DNA of 47,283 nucleotides, from NCBI GenBank assembly GCA_032718475.1, contig JAUCBJ010006094.1, positions 1-47,283 of the forward strand. The letters are read 5' to 3'. The notes under the pieces were generated by a model, which saw nothing but the letters and a program-made list of their open reading frames with translations, was not told the origin of the DNA and ran no database searches. The position numbers and the translations under genes were made by a program. This stretch comes from Nemertoderma westbladi. Taxonomy: Eukaryota > Animalia > Xenacoelomorpha. Shown piece after piece: positions 1-12,588 of the stretch (positions are counted from its first letter, which is position 1; the number at the start of each line of letters is the position of its first letter).

Positions 1-599
1 ATTGGTATAGTTTCATTCTTGTGTATTGATTAGCTACATCAATTATCACCAACCCCCCTAATCGGTGTATTTAACTTATTGGTATTATGGTGAAGTAATT
101 ATGCTATCTTCACCGTACTTTAGATAGTTTTGTTACGACTGATTGGTATAAATTGTAAACTAAAAACAGATTAAAAACTTTAATAATATACTATTTGTGG
201 TTTTCCTACACGTAACGAGTACACCAGTACTGCAAACTCTGAATATAATGACCCCTCATCCATATACCCAAGATCGCCCAGATATGGTTGTCACCGATGA
301 TGCATCATTGTCGGCTTCACAACCTACTGACTGGTACTCTATGGCGGATATCTCTATCTCTGGAATCGGTTCATACTACTACCCAACCATCGGAAGCTCC
401 TGCAAAAGCTCTTCTCAGTTTGGCTGGTATGGAAGGCTATACTATCAGCTGCCTCTACTTCAGCTGCCTTAGGGATGAGGCTTCCCTGTATACGTTATGC
501 AAGAGGAAGTAATGTCAAGGAGCATGACCCGGTTCAGCCTCGAGGGGTGGAGATAACTGGGGGGTGGTGGTTGTCCACAGGAAATCTCATAGACAGAAG

Positions 600-890
600 A
601 GGTCACGTCTTAACAGCAGTAGGTGTTGCCTCCATGACGAGTGTAGATAGTCTCTCAACAATGCAGGGGAGTTTATAGGCGCTGGAGAAAAAGGTGGACG
701 ATACCCACAGATCTCAACTAAAACGCATAGTGGATAACGAGAGACAGCGGGGACGCCGTTACCTTATCATAATGAACATTTAGAGGAACCCGCAATGAGG
801 ATTTAAAGCAGGAGGCTCATGGCTTTTTAGTCAGAGAGCTCGGAATTAAGGAGCGGATAGGAGTTGATCGTGTTTCGAGACAAGGGTGTT
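600..890 (+). mobile_element. Decayed LINE ORF1-like fragment
   Basis: Broken reading gives a coiled-coil-like stretch (LEKKVDDTHRSQLKRIVDNERQRGRR) then DLKQEAHGFLVRELGIKERIGVDRVSRQG, resembling the FL..ELGI...IDR.HR.G pattern of LINE ORF1; stops and frameshifts present. Confidence 0.4.
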
Positions 891-961
891 CAAGCATGGT
901 TTCCACCCAGCCTATTATAATAGAGTATATATACAGTATATACTAGTATACCAGTATATAG

Positions 962-1290
962 AGTATACAGCATATAAGTATACAGCATACAAGTATATAG
1001 CATAAGTATACAGCATATAAGTATACAGCATAAGAATACAGCATATAAGTGTACAGCATAAATATACAGCATAAGTATACAACATAATTATACAGCATAA
1101 GTATACAGCATAAGTATACAGCATAAGTATACAGCATATAAGTATACAGCATATAAGTATACAGCATAAGTATACAGCATATAAGTATACAGCATATAAG
1201 TATACAGCATAAGAATACAGCATATAAGTATACAGCATAAGTATACAGCATATAAGTATACAGCATAAGTATACAGCATATAAGTATACA
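962..1290. repeat. Minisatellite of 13/15-bp units (cagcataagtata / cagcatataagtata) in the insulin-like gene intron
   Basis: Directly visible tandem array; accounts for the spurious MLYTY ORFs. Confidence 0.95.
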
Positions 1291-1344
1291 CTGTTTATAA
1301 TATTTTCATACTTAAAAATTAATTAGTATCCTTCTTTTTCACAG

Positions 1345-1460
1345 ATGTTGAACGCCGAAACGATTTAATTCGACGTGTTTATCGAAGTGGTATGAGAGGC
1401 ATCGCTTCGCATTGTTGTAGCTATGGTTGCAGCAGTTCCGATCTAGTTGCCTTTTGTTGA
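1345..1460 (+). CDS. Terminal exon of an insulin/relaxin-family peptide (end of C-peptide plus A-chain); resembles relaxin-like gonad-stimulating peptide
   Basis: Pyrimidine tract and acceptor cttctttttcacag|AT (phase 1, as in insulin-family C-peptide introns); translates xVERRNDLIRRVYR-SGMRGIASHCCSYGCSSSDLVAFC*; exact A-chain motif CC-x3-C-x8-C after a basic RxxR site; the B-chain exon is not in the window. Confidence 0.92.
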
Positions 1461-1661
1461 TCCCTATTGATTCACATAAAGTTACACAAATATATTAATT
1501 TAAATGGAACTATATATTTTATTTCATTAAAACTAATAATAATGTTCTGTGTTACCCGTATTAAATGCGTTATTTGTGGTCAAACTTACTGCAGCCTCGT
1601 TTTCACAGATTAAATAAACGGCAGTACTTATTAGAATTATATAATTATTTTCATAATTTTC

Positions 1662-1710
1662 ATAATCCACTACAATTATAAACAATAATGGTGCAAGTAT
1701 GTTACCCTCC
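1662..1710 (-). mobile_element. Tiny RTE reverse-transcriptase fragment downstream of the insulin-like stop
   Basis: Encodes EGNILAPLLFIIVVDY, matching QGDTLAPFLFIIVVDY of the RTE ORF at 27020-28963. Confidence 0.6.
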
Positions 1711-4324
1711 GCTCCACCATCGAACTTCGTTGGTTCTGTGCTACTAACTGTAGAAACACATTGGAATGCGTAGGATGAAACACAAATGTTGAGTAGCAGT
1801 AGCATAATATTGTGTGTCATCCTCTTGTTCCATACCATGCAGTAGGCAGGAAACAGGTTACAGAGGCGGGTTGTTGGAACAAAAACAGTTACACGATTAT
1901 GCGTGTTAGTAAAGCTGCGTAAATGTAAAGGGTGGGCTATTACAGGTAAAAAAATGATTCGAAGCTCAGGGTTGGTTCGTTGGTTCCTGTTACGGTATAT
2001 GGCGCTGTACCTACATTATGTAATACATTAGTCCATTATACAGTATAATACGTTAGTCCATTATACAGTATAATATATTAGTTCATTATATATATATAGT
2101 ATCATATATTAGTCTGTGATGCAGTATAATTATTTAGATAAGGCATAACGCGCAATGATATTTAGATAAGGAAGTTGAAACGCCCATATATTTTGAACTC
2201 ATCCATTTTGTATAGTATGTAGCCCTACCTATGTAATTTTGTAATAGGATATAAGTAGATAGTTCCAGGGTAGCAAGTCCTTGTTGGACCCTGGATATGG
2301 GCTTGCCGTTATTAGCCTTGATGAGGCTAGCTACTGGTTTTAATTTCTCTATAATTGCGCTAAATTTATATTTGTGCATGATATTATTAGTACCGCCAAA
2401 TTAAGCATCGGGAAAATTACCTTTTATGGTGGCAATTTGCGAATCCAGGGAGCAATAGGTTCACAATCCGGCTCTCTTATTGGCCTAACTGCTTCCAGGT
2501 TGGTCTAATGGTAGCTCGGATTGGGGAGCCAATGAGAGATCGATTGCATCACCCTTCTCAAATCACCTATAAATTGGCCTACTTCCATTGCCACACACAC
2601 TCTCACTCACAACCAACAATCTCCACACCCCACACAGCTCACCTTCAACTATTATTCGATGCTTAGTTTTCTGTGTAAATTACTGCCCTTTTGATTTCTT
2701 GCAATGATTTGCTAATTTACAATTTCTGTTTGATTCTTGTTTGTGTTTCTCAATCAATCTCAACGATCACTGTTAATTACAAATTGGAACTATGATTTCT
2801 ACCCCTTAGTAAATGGTTCTATGTGATTCCTTTCGACAATAATCCTACGGGATTTCTTAGACTGTCAGACTTTGAGATTTGCATGTGCCGCTACGGTAGC
2901 TACTCATTCTGATGGAGGGCTAGGGTACCGGTAAGCGCGGCGGGCGCATTGGGGGGTTAGCGACGACGGGAGTGCGGAGGATTCAAAGACAAGCAACATT
3001 GGGGGGATTACTATTGCGCGCGCAAGTTTGCAGCGTAGAGTGGGTCAGGTACGCCGGTTCAGTAATTAGGGGCTGATGATCCAGGTTTTGTCTCTATTTT
3101 GTAGTATTAGGGGGACAGGAATTGGGTTAGTTAGGAAGCCTAGACGTAGCCTGGAGAGATCTGCGTGCTTTACGTTGCGAGTTGCGAGTTGCGAATTGCT
3201 AGCTAAACTGTAGACTATGTCGCAAGTTACGTGCGAACTGTAGGTTGCGAGTTGTGAATTGCTAGCTAAACTGTAGATTGCGATTGTTGTTTGACTGCTG
3301 ATTGTGAATTGTGCGTTAAGAACTAAATTGGTAAGTATAAACTATAGATTGTTATGCTGATTGGTGTGTTACTAAAGTGTGCCTAATAAACCACGAATGC
3401 TTGGATAGGCGCTCTTTTCCCTTTGATTGATTTCTATTTCTTAGTTTACTGTAATTAATTTCTGATTAGGTCGAAAATAATACGGTATTTTAGGCTGTTG
3501 CTAGTGTGACCCGTTGCGTAATAATTTATAATTACGCACTCTGGAATACTTAGTAATTAGTACGCCGTTACATATTTGTGACTGTAATTAATTAGTAAAA
3601 TTAAGAATTTGTACGCTGCATAGCGGAGGGTAGTTAAGGTAATAATTTTAGAGTACCGTACACTATTCACGCTGGGCGGTTATTTGAATTAGCGGACAAA
3701 ATTCACATCGTAGTATACAGTATACAGCGCGCATCAGTAAATTGCTGGTCTAAAGCCAGCCGCAGATAAGTCTGAGTCCCGAAATAAACGCTGCATCGAT
3801 TTTTTGATTATTTAAATATTCTCACATTCACACATTCCGTTAGGGAACCCCAGTATTGCGATTAGATGCGATTAGAAAGGACGTAGTTGTAAGCGCAATT
3901 TTACAGTAAGATTAGGCTATAGAATACACTCTGAGTGTCAAATCTCTCACACTCGTCTTAAGTCAGCTTAGGGAGCCGATTCGGGTTTATTGTTTTGGTT
4001 ATTCCCGCGTGGCTCATATATTCGAACAGTTAGCTCTCTATCGAGTAATTGGTAGAGAAAGGAACGAGAATTTAGCAGGAGCCGTAGAAATTTAGGAAAT
4101 ATATTAGCGGACGGCAGATTAGCGCCATCCAACAGTAAGTAGTGGTTTTGCGCGCAACCCTACATTAGTAATTATACGCTCCTGATTGCCCTGTCTAGTA
4201 AATAGAGCAGTTTTGTGTCTTTATTGGTTAGGCCGGGTAGTTTGTTCGTTACAGTTCCTGTTTCAAAGGTTCACCGATCTCTTTACTTTGAGTAAACTAC
4301 ATAGATTATGGAGACAAGTACTAA

Positions 4325-4500
4325 TCATATTTGTGATTATGCAATGAGGGCTGCCATAACTGGTGACTTTTATCTTTGGGTTCATACTGCAAGAAACTCG
4401 CTCATATAGTCACAGGTGCAGACTTTGCGGATGACATCGACGTTCTCTCTAATACGCTAGCAGGTGTACAACTTCTACTAAGCAAAGTGGAACAAAGAGG
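4325..4500 (+). mobile_element. Decayed RTE-clade RT fragment
   Basis: ICDYAMRAAITGD...ADFADDIDVLSNTLAGVQLLLSKVEQ, containing the catalytic FADD region; frameshifted. Confidence 0.75.
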
Positions 4501-4501
4501 A

Positions 4502-4645
4502 ACCGGATTTAAGAAGCTCCTTGACCACTTCCAGGTCTCCCATCTGATATGAGATCCATAACGGAGACGCCATATCGTCTCTTTGGTTATCCGCAATGAC
4601 TCCCTTAGCTAATAACATGGCCACTGCCACACCAATCAACCCAAG
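4502..4645 (-). pseudogene. Ankyrin-repeat coding fragment (ANKRD29-like)
   Basis: LGLIGVAVAMLLAKGVIADNQRDDMASPLWISYQMGDLEVVKELLKSG fits the ankyrin consensus G.TPL..A...G..EVV..LL..G; isolated, abuts the RTE fragment, no clear splice sites. Confidence 0.65.
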
Positions 4646-5730
4646 TATAAAACGCTTTGTTACTACTAAGTATATTAGATTAGATGCCCTTCAGCATATC
4701 TCGTGTTGTCCACTTATTCATAATTTGATCAAATGAAAATGTGATAAACTAAAGACAAGATAATACAGAATTTAATAACCAATATAATATTATAGTAATA
4801 ATAAATATATATAAATTTTACATATAAATGTAAATTATTTAAGCACGAAATATAATATTAAAGCTTATGCACCTTAAATATACCTTGTACCTTAAATAAA
4901 TGAACATTAATTAAAGATAACAAAAACAATTTACATATATATATTACAATATTTACAATTTATACAATATCAGCTTAATCAGTAAAAGCTTTTGCAGACA
5001 TAATCAGCAAGTCATTTTACGCAATGCGCTAAATGCTCTAAAGGGACTTATAGTTGTACACCTACGCGCCTGTCAAGAAACACAGAGTTGGGATGACGAA
5101 ATTTACCAGCTGTTTCTTTCTGTGAGAAATGTTCCTTTGTTGACATATCTCAGCCAATCAGAGCGATCTCTTCTTCCCTGTTTATAGCGGCCTATGAGAT
5201 CTGACGCAATGAGGCAGTTTTCCAAGAATCCTACCTCATTCAGGATTCATTCTGAAGTTCTGATGTTTCAGACTTTGCCCTAACATCAGAGGCTAGAGTT
5301 ATAAGAACGCAAATCTATTAACGCACGTATTTCACCGTAACATTGCCTAACATTGCACTACCGAACGTAACACATACTGACCGATTTCACCGCACTGTTT
5401 TCTAATATACTGTTTTATATTATTGTCAATTGCTGTTTATATTAATGGATGTTATATTTGGAGAATACTGATGAATAATCGTAAATCCCCCTCAACTTCT
5501 TAATTACTGAGGTTAGCAGAAGGGTGTATCAGTAGCAATTGTGGTTCAATTTATAGTGGTTTTTGTGTGAAATAAATACTATTTCATAATCCCAACGTAC
5601 GTGAGTTGCAATCCTCCTTATATATGATCAAATCAGTGACAGTCGGCAAATCAGTGTGCATTAGTGTGTATTAGTGTGATATCAGTGTGATGTGAAGGTT
5701 AATAAAGCATTCCTAAAGAATGCACTATTT

Positions 5731-6701
5731 GCGATATCCTATTGCCTCTAGTTGTGATTAGTGTAAGTCATAACTCTGTTTGATACTTAAAGCGCCACGT
5801 CCCAAAGAAACTGTTAATATTTCCCCAAAAGTAAATATAGTTGTCGGAGATTATATAGTAGCGATCAATCGAATAATACAAAGTAGCCTACTGCAATAAC
5901 TTTCTCTAGAACCGAATCCAGTCTCCCATACAGTGGGTCATATGCCGCGCACAGACTGGCTTCGGCGGATGTAAATTCAGTTCACTAGGTAATTGGTAAG
6001 GGCAAAATTCGATTCATAATTAAAAGGACATTTAAATTGGCAGGTTAAACTGCTAAAGGTCTAAAAGCGCGAACATTAATAGATTTAGTTTCTTTTATTG
6101 CCCAGTAGGCAATAAACCCAAAAACGTACCGGTCGGACGGTAAACTGTAGGCCTGACCCGAACCGGTACTTACCCAGTATTATTTCGATTGTCATATATT
6201 GTATATTAGTAGTAGTTTACACTTAGTAACATTAGTAGTTATATCTTTTAGAGCTTACATATTTCTGTTGGTTTTATTTACCGGTAAGTGTAATATTGAG
6301 CAGAAGGCGTGTAAGCCTACTCAGATTGTATAAATAACTTGTAGGCCGGATTGTTGTCTGACTGTTGTCAGGTCTGAGGCAATTGCAGTGTATGTAGTGT
6401 GCCTGTCCGATAAAGTGCTAGTTAGGAAAGTGGAGGCATCCAGTGCTGTAAGGTAAATCCCCCACGAAAGAATAAGTCGTACTACGTAGTCTAGAACGCT
6501 TACTAACTAACCATTTCGGAGATTGCATATACTGTGGTTTATTTAGGCTTGACGGTAGTCTGCCACCATTTGGTCTGTGTTTTATTTGAATAGTCTGTAC
6601 GGGTAGCGTAATATTTATTATTCAGAGTTTATGCAAGTATTTGCAACCTTCATGTCCCCAAGTTTATTCCTTACAGTAATTATGCTTGTTATGCATACTG
6701 T
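5731..6701 (+). repeat. About 970-bp non-coding unit, copy 1 of a tandem duplication
   Basis: Near-identical to 6844-7209 joined to 11617-12171. Confidence 0.9.
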
Positions 6702-7209
6702 TATAGTTAAATTATCCCCAGTACTACTTCAGGACTGCTTGGCGTAGGACAGACTGGTGATTTTGTGCTCCGGTCACTCCAGCAGATACCATGGTTCTTT
6801 TGGCTGTTCACGTATATTTAACTGCTAGTTATATGTTGTATAAGCGATATCCTATTGCCTCTAGTTGCAATTAGTGTAAGTCATAACTCTGTTTGATACT
6901 TAAAGCGCCACGTCCCAAAGGAACTGTTAATATTTCCCCGAAAGTAAATATAGTTGTCGGAGATTATATAGTAGTGATCAATCGAATAATACAAAGTAGC
7001 CTACTGCAATAACTTTCTCTAGAACCGAATCCAGTCTCCCACACCGTGGGTCATACGCCGCGCATTGACTGGTTTCAACTGATGTCAATTGGTAAGGGCA
7101 ATAGTCGATTCAGGAGACACTTGAATTAGCAGGTTAAACTGTTAAAGGTCTAAAAGCGCGAACATGAATAGATTTATTCTTTTATTGCTCAGTAGGCAAT
7201 AAACCCTAA

Positions 7210-10200
7210 TCAATCAATCAATGGAGCTCGAACGAGCTCGTGTATTATTCGCATAATGGGATACCACAATATTTAATTATAAAATCATTGCACCAGTGAA
7301 CGTTTGTTTGTAATTTTTGTTTTGTTCTGATGTAATATGGTTTTAGGGGGTGCGTTATTCGTTTTATGTTCTGTTCAAAAAAAAAAGGAGAGAAAGCAGT
7401 AGCATAGCTAGTTTTGCCTCTTACCTTCTTTTTCTCAGAGAATCGTGATGTGGTACACCGGTTGGGTTATTATGGTGATGTCGGCCAGTGATCCTGAGTA
7501 TATTCTGCGATGCCATATATCAGTGCAATTTTTCTAATAATAGTAACTGTATTGTAATGTGCCGAAATTTCAGTTTTAAATTTTATTTTAAGTTTATTTT
7601 TCTAATAATAGTAACTGTATTGTATTGTGCCGAAATTGCAATTTTAATTTTATTTTAAATTTCGTTTATGGTGTAAATAAAAAAAAAAAAAAAAATGTTA
7701 GTTCATATATTATTTAGTCATGATGCAAATAGCGTTGACGATGACGATGGAGTGATAGCATTACGAAGTTACGAAATTTAGGATAATTTTTATTTATTTT
7801 ATAATTTAATAGTGATACGCAACTATATTGGAATTAAAGTTCACTTAACATATGAAGTTTTAATTTTCTAGCTAGTGTGTTTTTTGATTTGCACATTTTA
7901 AATTCTGTTTTTAGTGAGTTCCATATGATTGCACCGCTGTATTTTAGAGAGTTTTGGGTTGATATTAGTCTGGTACGTGGAATAAAGTAGTTTTTGGATG
8001 TAGTGGATCGAGTTGTATAATTGTGGATATCTGAAGTTTGTGTAAATAGGGCCGTTATAAATTGCTTTTTTTTGTTATTGTAAATGTCCCACATAAGTTT
8101 TGTTACTTCTAGGTTATATAGATTTTCGATTGGCAAGATATTAAGGTATTTATAGATGATCGGAATGGAATGAGCTTGGAAGTGGTTGAAGGTTATTGCT
8201 CGTATTATTTTATTTATTTTGACACGGATTGGATTTATATATTTGTTATAAGCACTTCCCCACAATATTATACCATATAATATGTAAGGATGGATTAGCG
8301 AGAAATATAACATTTTTATTACTTTTAGTGGTAGTATGTGTCTAATTTTATAAAATATACCGCATGATTTAGAGATTTTTTTTAGGACGTAAGCACAATG
8401 GTTTTTCCAGGTCAATTTATTATCTATCCAGATGCCTAAAAATTTTGTTTCAGTTTTGATGTTTATATTTGCATTATTGATCTTGATAGTGTCTGAGGGG
8501 GGATTCTTTAATTTATTTGAGAAAATGAGATATTCTGTCTTTTTTTAGATTTAATGATAGTCTGTTGTCTTTTAGCCATTCGTCTAGTTTCTGTAGTTCG
8601 TCATTGATAGTGGAAATTAACATATTTGGGTTTCTGTGTGTGTATAAGAGGTTTGTGTCGTCAGCGAACAGTGTAGTAATAAGAGATGTGCAGTTTGGTA
8701 AGTCGTATATATAGAGTAAGAAGAGGGTACTGCTTAGAATAGCACCTTGGGGTGTACCACAGGTGGGAGTTAGCGGATCAGAGTTTATATTATTTAGTAC
8801 AACAGTTTGTGTTCTGTCAGAAAGAAAGCTGGATAGAAGTTTGTGGGGAAGGGCTCGTATTCCATATTGGTCTAGTTTTTTGAGAAGTATGTCATGGTTT
8901 AGAGTGTCAAAGGCCTTCTTTAAGTCGATAGATATTAGGCAGCATGAGTCCTGTGAGTCTAGAGTTTCTCGAAGTCGTAGAGCATCAGTAGTTGTTGATT
9001 TTTTCCTAAAGCCGTGTTGTGCATCTGTCAGTATTGAGTATTTATCTAAGTAGCTTAGTAGTTGAGTATTTATTATACGTTCGAAAATTTTACTAAATAA
9101 GGGTAGTACGGAAATCGGTCGATAATTGTTTCTATCTGTTGGGTCGCCTGATTTGAATACTGCAGTAATTTTTGCGTTTTTTAATATTTTAGGAAAGAAC
9201 CCGTTTTTTATTGATATGTTAACTAGATGTGTTAAATGTGGGGCTAGGTCGTATGCTATGATTTTTAATATTTTAGTTGGAAAAGGGTCGTTTGTGGAGC
9301 AATTGTTGTCTAAGTCTAGTATGTTATATATTACTTCAATATTTGTGGTTTCTGATAAATGGAAGGAGTTTGATTTGCGATGGCTAATAAAACGTATTGG
9401 ATTTCTATTAGTTTTTGGAATTTGTTCTGCTAATTGGGGACCTATATTTGCAAAGTGCTCATTGAGGTTGTTGGCTATAGATTTTGTATCCGTTATTGTT
9501 ATTTTTTGGCCTGTTATAGTTGATGTTATTATTTTTTTTGGAGGATTTAATTGTTTGGATCTATTTAGTGCACTATTTATAGTTTGCCAAGTTTTTTTTG
9601 TGTTGTGCTTGTTTTTTTCAAATTCCCTTTCGAAGTATTTTTTTTGTGCTTTTCTCAGAGTATTTGTAAGTATGTTTCTATATTTTTTATAATGTTGTTC
9701 TTTTTCTGGAGTTGGGTGAGACATAAGTGATGCGTATAGTCTATTTTTCATTATAGTAGACTGTACAAGAGATGGGGTCATCCATGTTTTTTTTGGTATC
9801 TCTCGGGGTTTTAATATCTTTTTTTGTAGATGTTTGTTTGTAATTTTCTCAAGGTCTTTGTAAAATATTTCAAATTTCTTATCTATTTGAATTGAGTTAT
9901 CATTGTACGTCCAATTCTGATTATTGCGTATGTCTAATATGAAATTGGTCGGGTTAAATTTTGAGTAGTCATATATTAATTTTTGTGTAGGAGGTGCGAA
10001 AAAATGTGAGTATTTATGTACAATAACAAAGGTTGCTAAGTGGTCTGTGGTGCCGAGTTGCCCAGTAAAGACCCCAGAGGATAGTATTTTGTCTGATATG
10101 TTAGTAGATATGTGGTCTAGTAAGGTTTTAGAGTATGGTGTAATTCTAGTAGGTTTGTCAATTAGTTGCTCGAGCCCATTAGATTCAAGAGTTTGTATAT

Positions 10201-11611
10201 AGTTATTGGCTGAGTTTGAGCGTTTTAGTAAATCAATGTTGAAGTCACCAGTAAGTATTATGTCTGTTTGTTGTTGGTTAATTGTAGCTAGTACTGTATT
10301 TAGGTTGTCAATAAGGTTATTAATGTTACATGTGTCAGGTCGGTAGATAGTGCCAATGAGAAGTTGCTTTTCAGAATGAGAGGAGTTTGGTATTCTAGAA
10401 ATAGTTGCCCAAGTTGATTCACAGTCAGGTATTGTAAGGTCTTTCCGCTCAGTAACGTTAATCCCTTTCTTAGTGTATATCGCTGTACCCCCTCTGTTTT
10501 TCTTGCCAACAATCCGGTTCGTTAATAGAGGTTGGGAGTAGCCGTCAATCTGTAGGTAGTTCGTGTTGGTTTCGTCAGTTAGAAAAGTCTCAGTGAGTGT
10601 TAGTATGTCAAATGATTGAGTCAGGGTAGATAAGTAATCAGTTATTGAAGTAAAGTTTAGATTCAGGCTACGACAGTTTATATGAAAGATAGATAGCGTA
10701 TCACTTTTGGTAAAGGTATTATTAAATTTAATTTCATCGTAGTACTGGCAGTTTGATTTGTTGGAAGTAAGATTTATATCAGGATCAATACTTATAAATC
10801 TATTATTTAATTCATTGAAATTTTCTGGCAATAAAATATCATCATCATCATCATCATCATCATCATTATTAGCTTTGTAAAAAATATCTTTATCGTCATT
10901 AGAAATAGTGGAAAATGGAAAAATGTTATGGAAACAAAAAATACAGTAAAAATCGGATTCAATTGAAATGTCAGCACATGTTCCACATTGGGTGTGGTAA
11001 GAACAGTTACATATGGTACAAGAAATTATTTTTTCGTTTTTAAGGAATTTGGTAAAACAGAAATCGCAAGATATAGCCTGGCCACTGGATGGCATCAATG
11101 GTATAAATATTTATAAATCAAAAAATGGAGGGACACAAATAAACGTTCAAGTTCAGTACTGTAGGTGAAGGCTGTGTGCAACTAGAGTTAAGCTACACCA
11201 AGCACAATCTCTGACAATGAGACCCATTAATGAGTAGACAAGACACAACAGTATATTCGGGTTTTGGTATGGAGCAGCCGTATAATGTTATAAGACTTAA
11301 AGTAACTTAGTTTAATTCAGGTAGTTGAGTTTCCGTATTAAACATAACCCAAATATAATGTTATATATATAACATTATTATATAATAATATATGCAAATA
11401 TATTGTTACCGTAATAAATAAAGCCGTCAAGTTACCGTATTAAACAATAAACATAGCGCAAAAAAATAAGTTTAACGTAATAAATATAGCTGTAATAAGT
11501 ATAGCTATTGAGATTCCATAATGTATATAGGCAAAATAATTAATTATTATAGTAAGTATATTATCTTTTAGACATATAGTGAAGTCCTATATAGTGAACA
11601 TATAGTATAGT
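7210..11611 (-). mobile_element. Near-full-length CR1/L2-group (Crack/Daphne-like) non-LTR retrotransposon
   Basis: 5-bp TSD cctaa (7205-7209, 11612-11616); 3' (ATTG)n tail at 7210-7222; 3' hairpin GAGCTCG-AA-CGAGCTC at 7224-7239; PHD-APE-RT ORF. Confidence 0.9.
7834..11098 (-). pseudogene. LINE polyprotein (PHD finger + apurinic endonuclease + reverse transcriptase), frameshifted near 8540
   Basis: CDFC..CTIC..YHTQC..CIFC (PHD); HINCRSL, LTET, GDFNIDL, LDHI, TDH (APE); YRPISVLP, QHGFRK, IDLKKAFD, GTPQG, FADD (RT); a shift in a T-run splits it into ORFs 8513-11098 and 7834-8415. Confidence 0.92.
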
Positions 11612-12451
11612 CCTAACGTACCGGTCGGACAGTAAACTGTAGGCTTAGTAGTGCCAAACCGGTACCTTACAGCAGTATTACTTCGATTGTGAAATATTGT
11701 ATATTGTAGGCTGTTAGAGGATTAGGGATTGATCACCCCTTACTCCTTGTATGGTTTACTAATTCCTGTCGGCTTATTTATCGGTAAGAGTCATATTGAG
11801 CTGAAGGCGTGTAAGCCTGCTCGGATTGTAAGAGTAACTTATAGACTGGATTGTTGTCTGATTGTTGTTAGGTCAGGGTACTTGTCCGATAAAGTGCCTG
11901 TTAGGCAGTGGAGGCATCCAGCGTTGTAAGATAAATCCTCCGCGAAAGAATAAGTTGTACTACGTAGTCTAGAACGCTTACTAACTAATCATTTTGGAGA
12001 CTGCATAGTGCATATGCTGTGGTTTATTTAGGCTTGACGGTGGTCTGTCAGCTTTTTGGTCTGTGTTTTATTTGAATAGTCTGTACGGGTAGCGTAATAT
12101 TTATTATTCAGAGTTTATGCAAGTAATTTACAACATTCATGTACAGTAATTTTGCTTGTTATGCATACTGTACATAAATAATTCTTTGAAAATTATATGG
12201 AATTATAACTTTGGTATGAAAACAACTGATGAAAATTATATCTATGGAAATCAACATAATATGATTACAGTATAGAATTACTGATAATCGTGTACACAAC
12301 ACGATCATGTACCTAACCTTGCATAACAAAACAACAATACTAGACTTAATATTATAATAGATTTATAACTATATAATAGAAATTAAATATAAAATTTATA
12401 TAAAATTATTTTAATCTATACTTACTTTACCCTTACATCCAGGGCTTGGGT

Positions 12452-12588
12452 AGAGAATAAACCGTGGAAATCGTCCTCGAAGTACGGCAAACCGTTCCTC
12501 TCGAAGAATGTCCGCGTCCCGAGTTCCCCCTACGGCACGGCAATGAACGCAAACCAAGTGTTCGGGATGGATGCCACGTCCTCCCCAG
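12452..12588 (-). pseudogene. Paxillin/leupaxin LIM1-like coding fragment, frameshifted
   Basis: Three frames join to [42 protein letters not shown]; the shifts coincide with short duplications (catc, tgccg); the PYC zinc ligand is changed to F. Confidence 0.75.

Larger units (their letters stand above)
6844..12171 (+). repeat. Copy 2 of the duplicated unit, split by the LINE insertion (6844-7209 plus 11617-12171)
   Basis: gcgatatcctattgcctc...aataaaccctaa | LINE | cctaacgtaccggtcggac...tatgcatactgt is colinear with copy 1. Confidence 0.88.

Noticed and set aside
890-1291. Cys/Tyr-rich ORFs (MLYTY...)
   Set aside because: Translations of the 13/15-bp minisatellite
2400-4300. Non-coding region with short direct repeats, possibly an LTR or retroelement leader
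   Set aside because: No LTR pair, PBS, TSD or ORF could be identified
8763-9692. Plus-strand ORFs of 96 and 188 aa
   Set aside because: Antisense shadows of the LINE ORF
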